Positions 38,123-51,908 of a DNA stretch of 64,000 nucleotides are shown here, one piece after another. Under the pieces are notes generated by a model that did not search any database, was not told the DNA's origin, and saw only the letters and a list, made by a program, of their open reading frames with translations. The DNA comes from Octopus sinensis (taxonomy: Eukaryota). Location: contig NC_043012.1 in assembly GCF_006345805.1 (NCBI RefSeq), positions 14,570,001-14,634,000 of the forward strand, read 5' to 3'. The translations under genes were made by a program, and so were the position numbers. Each line of letters opens with the position of its first letter. Positions within the stretch are counted from its first letter, which is position 1.

Positions 38123-40916
38123 CAACGGGTATCTTCCGGTTTCCGTCTACCAAATCCGCTGAAAAGGCTTTGGTCAACCCGAGGCTATAGTAGAAGACAC
38201 TTGCCCAAAGTTCCACGCAGTGAAACTAAATACGGAACCATGCGGCTGGAGAGCAAGCTTCTTACCATATAGTCACACCTGCGTCTACATGAATATTTTG
38301 GGAAATATGGAACCCTTTTTGAGAGTCTGATAGATCTATGATATACGAAATAATATTTGCCAACTAGTTTATAGGTTACTCAGACATAAATGAAGGTTTT
38401 GCAAGAATTGACCTATTCAGATCCTTTCTTGGAAAATTCAAATTTTCAATAGAATGCGATATTTTTCCGCGATACTATGATCACACATTCTCGAACCATT
38501 AATATAAGGAAACGTGTGTTGCATAACGGATTGATTAATCTTTGGGTTGTATATTATCGAACTGCTAATGTTCACTGATCGTTTGAACAATCTGAAACGT
38601 AAAACTCAGTTTTGTTTTACAATTGAAGAAGCTTCAACTTCAAACAAAATTGATATGTACATAAATCTGCGCAAGCATGTGTGTATATGTATATATATGT
38701 GTGTACATGCATGTTTGCAAAGGTGTATATGAGTATTTTCATTTTTCACATATTCATACCTATGCAGAAAAAGAGACGTTGACGGCCATTCACAAAATAC
38801 AAATTTATGGAAAGATGTAAATGAACGATCTTTTAAGTCTTTTGCTGTTTCTTTTTTTTTTTTTGTAATAACTTGTTCGTTTGTTTTCTTTTATGTCAGT
38901 TTTTGTTTTGCTTTCATTTTTATAATATATGAGAAATAAAGCAATTCTTTCAGGTAATGGAAATAACGAAATTAAAAGTTGCAAACTTTCAAAGTTTACA
39001 CGCACACACACATACACACACACACACACACACACATACACACACACACATGCACACACACATACACATACACACCACACACACACACACACACAGATGC
39101 TGTCAACCTCTCCAAAAATAATGAAGTAAAATATATTATAATATAGAAGACAAAAGACAAGAATTCTTTCTCCAAGTAAATTCTTTGTGAATTCTTTATT
39201 TTACCCGTTCTTTTATTTTATTTTATATTTCTTATTTTTCTATGTTTCCTTTTAAATCTCTCATTTTTAATGACCACATTTCCTTTATACAACACTAAAT
39301 TGAAATGGACAGACTAATAACCTTTTTTGCCCCAAGTTATAAAACCATATAAATATCTGGCTGCTTCAATATTTCAACGTAGAATAGAACAAAGTTGTTT
39401 TTGTTGATGTCAATTTTGTAACCAGATCGGTCGACTGGTAGAATCGGTATAGCGTCTCAGACAAAATAACTTGCGGTACTTAATGGTATTCTTTTACACT
39501 TCGTAAAGAATTATGACAACAAAAAAACTTTTTTTTTTTAAATTAAAGAGAAAGAAGAAAACTGTGTTTAGCATATGAATGTCTATGAGTCTAACATTGA
39601 TTTCAAGAAAAGTGTTCTAGCTACGTCATCGACAGAGGTATAATGGTTCCGCCGATAAATTATACATATGGAAAAAAAAATTAATATTTATTTCGCTCAG
39701 TAACGCAAGGCCACACATTTGGAAGGGGGTATTGTCGATTAAATCGTTTTCCACACACCGCCACTATTCGATGGCATATAAAACGCATTCTTTCCAAATA
39801 AAAATTCTCAAAACATCACCCAAGTCCATAAACTTTAATTCACTAAAATCTTTTCCCTGGATATTCACTGCTGGAAATGTATTTCGCCAAATATGTCCGT
39901 GCGTTTTTTATGCCATTAGATATAACTGGTTTTGGTTTTATGGACGCCAGAAACACGAAAAACAAAATCGACACTGACAGTAGTTGAACTCGAAACGTAA
40001 AAAGTTGTAACTGAATATATCTCAAAATATTTTGCCTGATGCATTAAGAGTTCTACCTTTATGGTAAAGAAATATCGATATCTAACTTAAGCAGACGGGC
40101 AAAAATTTATTGGGAAGAATTGGTCGATTGCTCTTAGGTCACCCCTAAGTAACGATAATTCTAGCGGGATTTTAACTGAGAACGTAAAAGGCTGTAACTA
40201 AATACCACAGAAAAGTAACTATTATTTTATCACAGCCACTCCTGCGCCTGAATAAAAAGATAGTTATCGTGAAATAAAGTTTCTGGGAGAGAAAAAGTAT
40301 TTACTAAACTTTTTATCTATGAACTTTTACATTAGAACTCCAGAAAAAATATACATTTCTCCACCAATGAAAGTATATAACGCTATACGATAGAACATAA
40401 GTCAAAATGCACAATTTTCTATTAGAATATTAGCCAAAATGTATCTTTCATTTGCATTTTTCAAAGTTTTACTTCCATCAATATTTCCTTTCACAGTTTG
40501 CGACATCAGTATTTTTGTTGTATAATTTATGAATATTTCCCCTTTTTTTCTTGTGAAGGAATACGCTTTAACTCTTCGTTTCATAACGTTATATCAATTT
40601 CAGAATGCTGCTCATGTATGCAAATTATTTGCCATAAATTCACAAGTTGCATTAACGTTTTCCAAATATAAAGGAATATCACTGTAATGGCTTCCTTTAT
40701 GTAAATATTGGAAGTGCAAAAAACTGAATATTAAGAAAGTAAATGCTTGTGTAAATATTTAAGACAAAACAGCTTAACAAACGCCAAGTGTTTTTTTCCA
40801 TTTTAATACAAATATGCTACCAAGTCGTCCACTTAGCTCACTGAAATCATAATACCCATATTTGTATCAAGTTATCTTTAATAAAAGACGCTTTTGTTAT
40901 TATATTTACTTTTCAG

Positions 40917-41198
40917 GTGAGATAAAAGTTGCCGATGATTTGACCAGAGAACCACAGAAACGTTTGTATGAGTTAAATATCAAAGCTATAGATTTTGGCT
41001 ATCCCTCTTTATCATCGAGCACAATTGTAAAAATTGAGGTGCCAATAAATAAACCAGTCACCATTGCACCCAACAATATTTTTCATGTCTCGGAAGGTGT
41101 TAAAATTGGGACCAAAGTTGGCTCAGTAAATGCAACAGATCCGGACGGAGCGTTAGGAAGTAACCAGACGTTATGGTACATCCTCATTGACAAAGATG
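40917..41198 (+). CDS. Cadherin exon A (282 nt, phase 1/1): second half of one EC repeat plus first half of the next
   Basis: tttcag|GT acceptor and G|gtgagt donor. Encodes GEIKVADDLTRE...AIDFGYPSLSS...PINKP...VSEG...ATDPD...LWYI, typical cadherin repeat motifs. Confidence 0.93.
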
Positions 41199-41944
41199 GT
41201 GAGTGTAATTTTTCCATTAAGATTCATAACACTGTTAATACCATTGACATAAACTTGAGATAAACGCTTCTTCATGTATCAGAACATAAATGGAATCCAT
41301 TTTTATATCAGAGGGTTCAAAGACGTAATTGTAAATTTCTTACTAAGAACCAACATGAAGGTCAAACAACAAAGTAAATTCTTCGACACAGTCACTCGAC
41401 TTACTCAAAAGAGCAGCCAAAGTGTTTCGCAAAAAACACTCATAGCATCTTTAAAGTGTTAAGACTGAACTAATAAAATTACTTCTGCGTCGTCATTAAC
41501 CCATCTCGTAAATTCGGATCAGTAAATTCCTTATCTTAGAATAGGGGTCGGCTGTTTCAAACTTTAAATCTTAAGATAGTAGATAATATAGCTCAGATTA
41601 TAAGAAAACATGGCCACAGCAAGAGTAATAATTCTCCAATCTGTTATGTTTATCTAACTCCGGTTCCTACTCTGCAATTTACAAATGGCAAATAACCAAT
41701 TGTTGTAAAAAGAATGTTATTCTGTAATTGAATGACTTTGCTTCCATAATGGTATTGCTGGTTTTATTGCATAAACACAGTCTGGTGGCCAGGAAAAAGA
41801 GAAGATAAAACATTTTAGACTATGAATAAAAAGAATAAAAGTAAACAAAAAAAAATCAATATGAATACCAGACCATGGTCCGTTGTTATACAGATTAAAT
41901 AATATCCTGTTCATATATATGGAAGAATAAACGAAGGAAAGAAA

Positions 41945-41955
41945 GAAAGAATGAG

Positions 41956-42030
<75 letters not shown>

Positions 42031-42215
42031 GAGGAACGGAGGAAAGAAGGAAGAGAGGAACGGAGGGAGGGAGGGAGGCAGAAAGAAAGAAAGAAAGAAA
42101 GAAAGGAAGGAAGGAAGGAAGGAAGGAAGGAAGGAAGGAAGGAAGGAAAGAAGGAAGGAAGGAACAAATAACCAAACAAAAGAAAGAAAGAAAGAAAGAA
42201 AGAAAGAAAAGTAGT
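41945..42215. repeat. (GAAA)n/(GGAA)n tetranucleotide tract
   Basis: Read directly from the sequence. Confidence 0.95.
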
Positions 42216-42937
42216 TGTGTTGACAGACAGAACATTATAATTGCAGGTTGAACGCTAACGTCAATGAAATCAACAAATGAGATACAGTAATGTGTGCGTG
42301 TGAGTGCATGTGCGTGTGTGTGCGTGTGTGTGTGTGTGGTCTGGTGCGGTGTGGTGTGGTGTAATGTGGTCATGAGTGCATGCATGGATATATACGTGAA
42401 CAGATCCAGCAGTTGTCATTATAAGTTGTCATTATCGCTGACGATCAGACAGCATCGTTACCGCGCCTGACAAAATATTTAGAAGCGTTTCTTCTGACTC
42501 TCTACGTTTTGAGTTCAAACATCGCCGTGTTTGACTTTGCCTTCATATAAACACTCAACTGACCCAAGATCAAGTGTAAGAGGACACTGTATTGCAGAGA
42601 GAGAAAGAAAGACAGAGAGAAACCGGCCAATAATGTTTGGCGCAGCTGCAGGGGATCTTGGACAATCGACCCAAACTTTGACTGAAATTAAGCAGATGGA
42701 AAATATACGAAAGTTCATCGGGTGGATTAGACTTGTTACTGGATTGGAAGGCTTAATCCGTTGCCCAGTTTGACTAACCACTTGCATACCGTGAACGGAG
42801 CCCACTCTGTGGCAAGCATCTCCACTAAGTCTCTGACCTGAAAATAATCTAAAAGATGTGATGGTTTCTTCTTCCCTAAGATAGGGGAAAGATGGTCATG
42901 GGAACCGCTATTTCTCATCCGACAAACTCAAAATATA

Positions 42938-43355
42938 CGAAGGGATTCTGGAAAGTTCCTGGCTTCGCGAAAGGCCTGGTTGGGGGCCCAAACTTCCGAG
43001 TTCTTTTACAGGGCGTAAAAAACTGAAGGGCAGTTGCAATAAGTGTGTGAATCTGGCAGGGGAATATATTGGATAGAATCATAATTAATTGGTACTCCTG
43101 TATTTTCTTTTACCCAAAACCAGGAAGATTCTAGCACCTCCTCGTTTATATATACATGAGAGGGTGCTGAAAAGTTCTTGGCTTTAAGGGTATCGCAAAA
43201 GGCCTGGTTGAAGGCCCAACCCTCCGAGTTCTTTTACAGGGCTTACAAAAACTGAAGGACCGCTGCAAAAAGTGTGTGAATCTGAGAGGGGGAAATATGT
43301 TGGATGAAATCATAATTAACTGATCCTCCTGTATTTTCTTTTACTAAATCCAAGA
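42938..43355 (+). mobile_element. Two tandem mariner-derived MITEs of about 210 bp (third copy at 47208-47425)
   Basis: TIR like CGAGGGGTGCTGAAAAGTTCCTGGCTTT, TA-flanked. The interior resembles the transposase C-terminus (WLEAQPSEFF...KCVNLRGEYVE). Confidence 0.8.
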
Positions 43356-43667
43356 ACTATATATAGTTCTTGGATTTATATAGCACCCATTTGGATTTAT
43401 ATAGCATCCGCTATATACCGTATACGTTGACTCGCTATATAATTGTTGTTATTGCAATAGTCAGCTCTGCAGTATGAAGCCTATTGTTTCACAGCGTCAT
43501 ACTGTGTGTAATCTATTGATTGCTAGGACATCGTCTGTGCAGTGAGAAATTTCACCTTTAAACCAAGTCATATATTCTAAACTTGATTATTTTACCTGGT
43601 GTAAGACAAGCTTTTTCAGCTAAATTCTCTGATGATGATTTCTTTCAGTTCTTAAATTTTCTTTCAG

Positions 43668-43915
43668 TGCCTTTCCAAATAAACAATAAGAGTGGTATCA
43701 TCGTAACGACAGCAGAATTGGACACAGAGTCAATGTCAACGTACCAGTTTGAAGTAGAGGTTTTTGACAGCGATCCAGCTCCAACAACAGCAACAACAAC
43801 CGTTACAGTGGTTGTTGAAGATGTCAATGACAATCCGCCAATACTGTCCTCTAAGGTGTACAGGGCGTCAGTTGTTGAAAACCAGACGGATATTGGCCCT
43901 GTAATATTATCTTTG
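43668..43915 (+). CDS. Cadherin exon B (248 nt, phase 1/0)
   Basis: ctttcag| acceptor and TTG|gtatgt donor. Encodes PFQINNKSGII...LDTE...EDVNDNPP...VVEN; in frame with exon A. Confidence 0.95.
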
Positions 43916-44969
43916 GTATGTACTTCACTCGCACAGAATATTTGCTTTTAATGTGTGGTGTGTGTGTGTGTGTGTGTGTGTGGATCATATGAATAAAGGG
44001 TAAAGACCCCCTTCGGTCATGAATGACCATGGAATTGCATCTAAAAATTTCCCCTCTGAAGCACAAGTCTGAGCAAGGTTGTGTATGGAAGACCAGCAGT
44101 CGCCTATGCATACCAGCCTCCCTTCTCCACGCCACCGATGTTATCCAAGAAAAAGGCAAAGGGGCCGATACAGCTTGGCACCAATAACGCTGCAACTCAT
44201 TTCTACAACTGAGTGAAATGGAGAAACATGAAATAAAGTTTCTTCTTCAAGAACACAACCAACACATAACCCAGTCCGGAAATCGAACTCGCTACCTCAT
44301 GATTGTGAGCCCGACGCTCTAGACACTGAGCCATGCGCCTTCATCATATGAATAAACTAGGTGCATAACTCCAAGATGCGCATATGTCTGATAAACCAAC
44401 GGTCATCATATGTGACTGTCTTACACTTGGGACGTTCGCTGCAAAAGTGGCCATGGAGAAAGTGGGCCCTACACATAAAGCTTCTCAGGAAAGCCCTTCG
44501 GCTAAACTTTTGGCTTTTTGCCTAATCCATAACGGCATTTAGCTCATCATTATCTTCTGAGTTCAAATTCCGCCGAGGTCGATTTTGCCTTTTATCCTTT
44601 CAGAATATATAAATTAAGTACCAGTGAAACAATGGAGTCGATGTAACCGACTATCCCCCTCTCCTAAATTTCAGGCCTTTTCCTGTAGTAGAAAGGGTTA
44701 TTATTATTATTAGCTCGGCGAGCTGGTAGATCGTTAGTACGCCGGGCAAAATGCTTGGCGGCATTTTTTCCGTCTTTACGTTCCGAGTCCGAATTCCGCC
44801 GAAGTTGATTTTGCTTTCATCCTTTCTGGATCGATAAAATAAATAACAGTTGAGCACTGGGATCGATGTGATCGATTAGTCCCACTCACTCGAGGTTGCT
44901 AGCCTTATGCCAAAATTTGAAGCGATTTTTATTGTTCTTGTTGTTGTGTGATTTTTCTTTTGATATCAG

Positions 44970-45143
44970 AATCCCAGCCTTTCAGCAGAAGATAAGGACA
45001 AGAACCCTATAAACAGAAAAGTTCGTTATTTTCTGAAGGGCTCCAATGCTTCGTTGTTTAAGATTCATCCAAAGACAGGCCTCATCAAAGTTAAAAAGAC
45101 TTCAGAGTTTGATGCCGAGACTGAAGACAAATACATATTAGAG
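44970..45143 (+). CDS. Cadherin exon C (174 nt, phase 0/0)
   Basis: tatcag| acceptor and GAG|gtaaac donor. Encodes NPSLSAEDKD...VRYFLKG...LFKIHPKTGLIKV...FDAE...YILE. Confidence 0.92.
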
Positions 45144-45234
45144 GTAAACTATAATGTTGTTCTTGTTGCTAGTGATGCTTCTACTGTTTGTACTGATGTT
45201 GTTGTTGTTATTGCTTCTGCCGCTACTTATACTG

Positions 45235-45247
45235 TTGGTGGTGGTGG

Positions 45248-45302
<55 letters not shown>

Positions 45303-45308
45303 GGTGGT

Positions 45309-45378
<70 letters not shown>

Positions 45379-45463
45379 GTGGTGGCGGCGGTGGTGGTGG
45401 TGGTGGTGTGGTGGTGGTGGTGGTGGTGGTGGTGGTGGTGGTGGTGGTGGTGGTGGTGATGAT
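45235..45463. repeat. Compound (GGT)(GAT)n(GGT)n(GGC)n(GGT)n trinucleotide tract
   Basis: Read directly from the sequence. Confidence 0.95.
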
Positions 45464-46771
45464 GTAATTGTTGTTGCTATGCTTCCTCTTGCGATTATTT
45501 TATTTCGAGCTTACAGAACCGTTAGCACGCCAGGCAAAATGCGTAGCCGTATTTCGTCTGCCGCTACGTTCTGAGTTCAAATTCCGCCGAGGTCGACTTT
45601 GATTTTCATCCTTTCGGGGTCGATTAAATAAGTACCACTTACACACTGGGGTCGATGTGATCGACTTAATCCGTTTGTCTGTCCTTGTTTGTCCTCCCTG
45701 TGTTTAGCCCCTTGTGGGTAGTAAAGAAATAGGTATTTCGCCCGTCGCTACGTTCTCAGTTCAAATTCCGCCGAGGTCGACTTTGCCTTTCAACTTTTCG
45801 GCGTCGATAAATTAAGTACCAGTGAAACACTGGGGTCGATGTGATCGACAAGTCACCTCCCCACAAATTTCAGGCCTTGTGCCTATAGTAGTCATTCCCA
45901 ACATTATGATTACCTCCCTTATACCGAAAAACTCCCTGATTACCTTCCCCTCTCATACTTCACATCACAGCAAAGTGATGACACAATATCGGTAAAGAAA
46001 TTTGAGAAATTTGAAAAGAAAATACTAAACCGGTTATTTCTCCAAAAACAATGTTACTATACGCAAAATTTTATAACATTTTTCTAACATAACGATTTAA
46101 ATATATTCATTAACCAAGTCTTTAACCAATTCTATAACACAAGTCTTCTGTAGTTTTTTCAGTCTGTTTTGTGCCCTATCAGTATTTGCAAAAACAAATC
46201 ACCATTCGCATCTCTGACGTGACCCGGTTTCTGCGTAGTGACCCGTCATCAGCGCGTGACAATCACCAGCTAGGGATGACAAGTAATATTTCGTGCTGCT
46301 ACTGTTTATATCTTTCTCAGAGATTTATTATTACTTGTTTCTCCTTTTTCGAGATCAGCGACTTTTTGTCACTGGAAAAAGCATATATATTTGCATTGGA
46401 AATACCACTTCTCATCCCAAGCCGGTGATTGTCACGCGATGATAACGGGTTACTACCCGGAAACCCAGGTCCGTGAGTATCACGTCAGGCTAGAGATGAG
46501 AACGATGACTTCTCTTTGCAAATACTGATAGGGCACAGACAGTGCCTCATTAGCCAACTGGAGGAGATGTCTTCTTGGGGCTATAAACTACAGTAGCATC
46601 ATCCCATATGGGTCAGCCGCATTTAGGTGGCAAATATATATATATATATATATAGGTTTCCTTCTGTTTTGGTTGTCACGGTGCTGTACAGTGGGACTGA
46701 GTACGAGACCATATGGGTAGAAGTTAGCTTCTCACACACACACAAAACACTCACATACACATCACACACAC

Positions 46772-46890
<119 letters not shown>

Positions 46891-46948
46891 GATATGTTTG
46901 TATGTATGTATGTATGTAAATTTTCTTATTCTTCATAATTCATCTTAG

Positions 46949-47192
46949 ATTGTAGTATTTGATGGAATACACCGAAATAGGTCAAAACTGGTTGTTAACG
47001 TCGAAGACATCAACGATAACCCACCGGTATTTCCAAAGACTTATTCCTACCAAGTTGGACCTCTTACTTCAATTGGTACTAAATTTGGTAAAGTTGAAGC
47101 ACAAGATGGTGATGCTACGAGAAGGAACAATCGGGTTTTGTACGTATTGATCCAAGGATCCGCCGGCAAGTTTGGAGTTGATTTCATCACAG
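46949..47192 (+). CDS. Cadherin exon D (244 nt, phase 0/1); not in the supplied ORF list
   Basis: cttag| acceptor and G|gtaata donor. Hand translation gives IVVFDG...VEDINDNPPVF...GTKFGKVEAQDGD...KFGVDFIT. Confidence 0.93.
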
Positions 47193-47207
47193 GTAATAAC
47201 AGACATA

Positions 47208-47425
47208 CGAGGAGTTACTGAAAAGTTCCTGTCTTTGAGGGTGTCGCGAAGGGCCCGGTTGGAAGCCCAACCTTCCGAGTTCTTTTACAGGGCTTAGAAA
47301 AACTGAAGGACCCCTGCAATAATTGTGTGAATCTGAGAGGGGAATATGTTGAATAAAATCATAATTAAGCGATTCTCCTGTATTTTCTTTTACCCAAAGC
47401 CAGGAACTTTTCAGTATCCGTTCGT
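47208..47425 (+). mobile_element. Mariner-derived MITE
   Basis: Same family as 42938-43355; starts 15 nt after the exon D donor. Confidence 0.82.
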
Positions 47426-48387
47426 GTATTTAATACCATTTGATTCGGAGTTTCATTTTTATTTTCATTTTTTATGTTTTCATTCTTTAAAATTTAATTT
47501 TTTTTAATTAGCTATCTGTATATTATAATTAAATCATGTATACTGTTGAATGTCTTCTAATCTGCAGTATACGTCTCGAAATCATCCCTTATAGACGTAT
47601 AGGATAAAAAACACTAAAATATATCATCCACAGGCGAAAATTGCCCAGAAGCGGCGGTAGTATTGCTAAGTCCGGATTTCTGATTTTTTTTCAGCTTCAT
47701 AAGTAGCAAGTATGAGAGATGCTTTCTCGAGACTAATACCGCAATTTAGAAGGTTTTCAACAGTATGTATACTTTAAGTATGATATACAGATCGTTCATT
47801 TGAACTAATACTGCTTCCATCATTAACAACGAATTTCAGTTTTTTATGTTTTATTTATATCCTTTTAGTTTTATTATATTTATATATTTTCTGAGGTGGT
47901 ATAATATTCTTTTATTCGTATTTATTTATTGCTACTCTTATCCGTTGCTTTACACCGTATATACACATTGTCTTCAATGGTAGAGTCGAATATACTTAAT
48001 TGTTGCTAATTTTCATTGACTTTAGGGGGGAGTGAAAGGCAAATTTAGTTAAAATCCAAAACAATGTTGGAAAATCGCTAATTCTGCCAAACAACCTTAA
48101 TCATTAATACAAAATCAGGGATTAATTAGCTGTAATAATGATTTCTAACATTGGAAAAAACTAAAAGTATTGATGGGCGGAAGCAATTGATTAAATCAGC
48201 GGACTGATTAATTGATTGCGGACTAATTAATTTAACGATCTCCGAAAGTAAAAGAGAAAATTACAGGTGAAATTATACAAGACAATGAAGAAACAATTAG
48301 AACTAAACTAATGTATAATTTTCATGTTAAAATCAAATTGATTTTCAAGTTTTAACTCATTAATTTTATTTTTGCTTTGATATAATA

Positions 48388-48430
<43 letters not shown>

Positions 48431-51196
48431 ATTTTTACGGTTTATTTCTTTTTGTTAACCTATTTGTTGTTGTTGCTGTTATTGATTCTGTTCCTACAGC
48501 TGTATACTGTCGAAGGTTTGAAAGTTTCACTGATTCAGGTTACTAAGGAACAACGTTTGTTGTTAAATGGACGTTAACAGCTTAGTCTTTTCTACTCTAG
48601 GCACATGACCCGAAATTTTGGGTGGGGAGAGGGGGGCCAGTCGATTAGATCAACCCCAGTACGCAACTGGTACTTAATTTATCGACCCCCGAAAGGATGA
48701 AAGGCAAGTCGACCTCGGCGGAATTTGAACTCAGAACGTAACGGCAGACGAAATACGGCTAAGCGTTTCGCCCGGCGTGCTAACGTTAACAGCTTAGTCA
48801 TCTCCCTACTTGCATTAACGAATTGGGTCTCTAACAGTTATTTTCAGTCAAAAGGACCACATTGATAATCGACGTTTACAACCAGGTCATTGATATTTAT
48901 CTATCTTCACGGCTGCGAGTTGGCAGAATTGTTAGCACGCCGAGCAAAATGTTTAGCGGCATGAGTTCAAATTCCGGTGAGGTCAAATTCTTCTTTTAAG
49001 TCGTCTACCTGGTAGAATCGTCAGCACGCCGGGAAATATTCTAAGCAGCGTTTCGTCCGTCTTTTTGTTCTAATTCCAAATTCCGCCGAGGCCGACTTTG
49101 CCTTTCATCCCTTTCGGAGTATATAAAAATAAGTACTACTCAAACACTGGGGTCGATGTAATCGTCTTAACCCCTCCCTCGAAATTGCTCTTATACCAAA
49201 ATCTGAAATCACTATTTATGTATCTTCAGGCCTTGCGCTTATAGTAGAAAGGCGGCGAGCTGGCAGAATCGTTAGCACGCCGGGCGAAATGCGTAGCCGT
49301 ATTTCGTCTGCCGCTACGTTCTGAGTTCAAATTCCGCCGAGGTCGACTTTGCCTTTCATCCTTTCGGGGTCGAATAAATTAAGTACCAGTTACGCACTGG
49401 GTTCCATATAATCGACTTAATCCCTTTGTGTGTCCTTCTTTGTCCTCTCTGTGTTTAGCCCCCTGCGGGTAGTAAAGAAATAGGTATTTCATTCGTCTTT
49501 ATGCTCTGAGTTCAAATTCCGCCGAGGTCAACTTTGCCTTTCATCCTTTCGGGGTCGATTAAATTAAGTACCAGTTGCGCACTGTGGTCGATGTAATCGA
49601 CTTAATCCGTTTGTCTGTCCTTGTTTGTCCCCTCTGTGTTTAGCCCCTTGTGGGCAATAAAGAAATAAGAAAGGATATTTATGTATCTTTGACAATAAAA
49701 TATAATGCAATCCCGTCCTCATGAATAGACAGATACTACCAAAACTTCCACTCCTGCTTATTGTCAAGTTAAAATTACTATTTCGTCAACAACCAGTACT
49801 TTTTCCTATACCATATATAACCTTAGGCTTATATTTTATTACTCAAAGCATTAAACATGCTTTCACCAATTCAGTTGTAAGTTGTTACGTAGGTGCTTTC
49901 TCATAATAGTTTTTTCATGAGTTCTCGAACTCTCTGCCACCAAAAATGCATTTTGCTAAATTATATTCTTCCACTGAATAGTTTTAATATGACGAAGCAT
50001 GGGCGAAGTGGTTTCTCATTAATGTCTAATTTAAAAAAAATCATTGATTACTCTTTTACTGAATATATAATCTTATTTGGCATTCATTAAATATGCTTTC
50101 ATTCAGTTCCTTGTTAATTCGATTATTTTCTTATGAAACAAATAATAATAATAATATCCTTAGCAGTTATTCTATAAGAATAACTACCAGTGATATTGTT
50201 ATACTTTATCCAATCAACAAAATACCTTCACTATAGATTTTGATATGGTATTTCAACAAAATACTTCGATACTAATATAATTTAAAGCTGAAATTGTTAA
50301 TCTTTGAAAATATCTCCACCTCCATCTCAATAGGATATTTTCAAAATTCCAAGGGAAATTTGGGGTTCCATTGAGAAAATTGTTTTTAAATTGAAAAATT
50401 ATTTTTATTCTTACTGTTTTTGCTAGAATTATATTTTTTAATGCTGTTTTTAAGGTGAGCAATGCAATAAATTATGTTATGGGGGTGGGGGACAGATTGG
50501 GATGGAAAATTAGTAAAAAGAAAAATCGTAGAAAAAAAACTTAAAAGTGCAGGTTTATTACGTGGTTAAGAAGCCACGTAATAAAGAACAGGGTGTCGGG
50601 TTCAGTCCACTGCGAGACACTACGATCATGTCTCTTGTACTATAGCTCCGAAATTACCAATAGCTTGTGAGTAAATCTGGTAAACAGTAACTGTGTAAAA
50701 GCCCATCGTATATGTTGTATATGTGTGTTTATGCCTGTATGTGTGTGTTTGTCTTAATGTTCGTGTTGACCCCTCCCACCAACACCACCGCTTGACACCG
50801 GTGTGGATTTGTTTACGTCCACGTAACTTAGTAGTTTGGCAAAAGTCACCTATAGAATACTAAACCTAAATAAATACTAATAGTGAGGTTAGTTTGTTCG
50901 ACTAAACCCTTGAAGGCAGTGCCCCAGCATGGCTGCATGGTCGCAATCCAATGACTGAAACAAGTAAACCTTAAAAGATAAAAGACTATAGCTGAAACAG
51001 TGTTTCACAAATGTCTTTGAAATTCGAATTTTACCTTTGCTTGTATTATGGTGCAATGTTGGCTCAGTCGCATATAACCACCTGAACGTTGTTGTATTGA
51101 TAAAATAATTTCTTTTCTCTTATGACACTAAATTATCTGCAAATATATTTTTGCATCTTTTATTGACTTTTTTTCAATTCTGTCATCTCTTTTCAG

Positions 51197-51478
51197 GTGA
51201 ATTATATGTCTCCAGCAACCTGACAGACAATACCCAAGGGGAAGAGTACAACCTGATTATCCAAGCATTTGACACTGGCGAACCGAGTCTTTCTGGTTTC
51301 GCAAAGGTGAGGATACTTGTGACGCTGAACAAACCACCAATTGTGAATGACACTTATGTATTCTTTGTCAAAGAAAACAGCACAACCAGCACTGAAATAG
51401 GGAAAATTACGGTGACCGATCCTGATATGAATCAAAATCCACAGGAAGAAATTGTCTATGTCATATCAGATATTACAG
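51197..51478 (+). CDS. Cadherin exon E (282 nt, phase 1/1); paralogous to exon A
   Basis: tttcag| acceptor and G|gtaatc donor. Encodes GELYVSSNL...AFDTGEPSLSG...TLNKPP...VKEN...VTDPD. Confidence 0.94.
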
Positions 51479-51573
51479 GTAATCTCTTACGTATGTGTAT
51501 GCACGCGGGTTGTATGTATGGTGTGTGTCTATGTGTGTCTGTTTGTGTGTATGTTTCTCTTTGTGTGAATTTA

Positions 51574-51908
51574 CAGTATTTACTCGTAGCAATATTTTAT
51601 ACTTGATTTTAACTGAAACAAAACTAGGGTGCACCGTATACATGGGGCAAAGCTAAAATTATGAAGGGAAAAAATTTGTACCCAGACTTAACACTAAACT
51701 GAGGGAGTGACTTATAGATGAAGTAAAGCTAAAACTATGAGGGGGAAGTTTTGTACCAAGGTTTAATACTAAATAAGGAAGGCGACTTATACACGAGTGT
51801 GACTTATACACGAGTACGACTTATACACGGGGGCGACTTATACACGAGTACGACTTATACACGGGGGCGACTTATACACGGGGGCGACTTATACACAAGT
51901 AAATATGG
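51574..51908. mobile_element. Pogo-like MITE with a 7x 17-bp subterminal tandem array
   Basis: Ends CAGTATTTACTCGT and ACAAGTAAATATGG, TA-flanked; GACTTATACACG(AGTAC/GGGGC) repeated at about 51782-51900. Confidence 0.65.

Noticed and set aside
42515-42918. Overlapping short ORFs in intron A-B
   Set aside because: No cadherin or clear transposase motifs, and no compatible splice phases.
51782-51900. CRISPR-like array
   Set aside because: Contiguous 17-bp tandem units without unique spacers, inside a MITE, in eukaryotic DNA.
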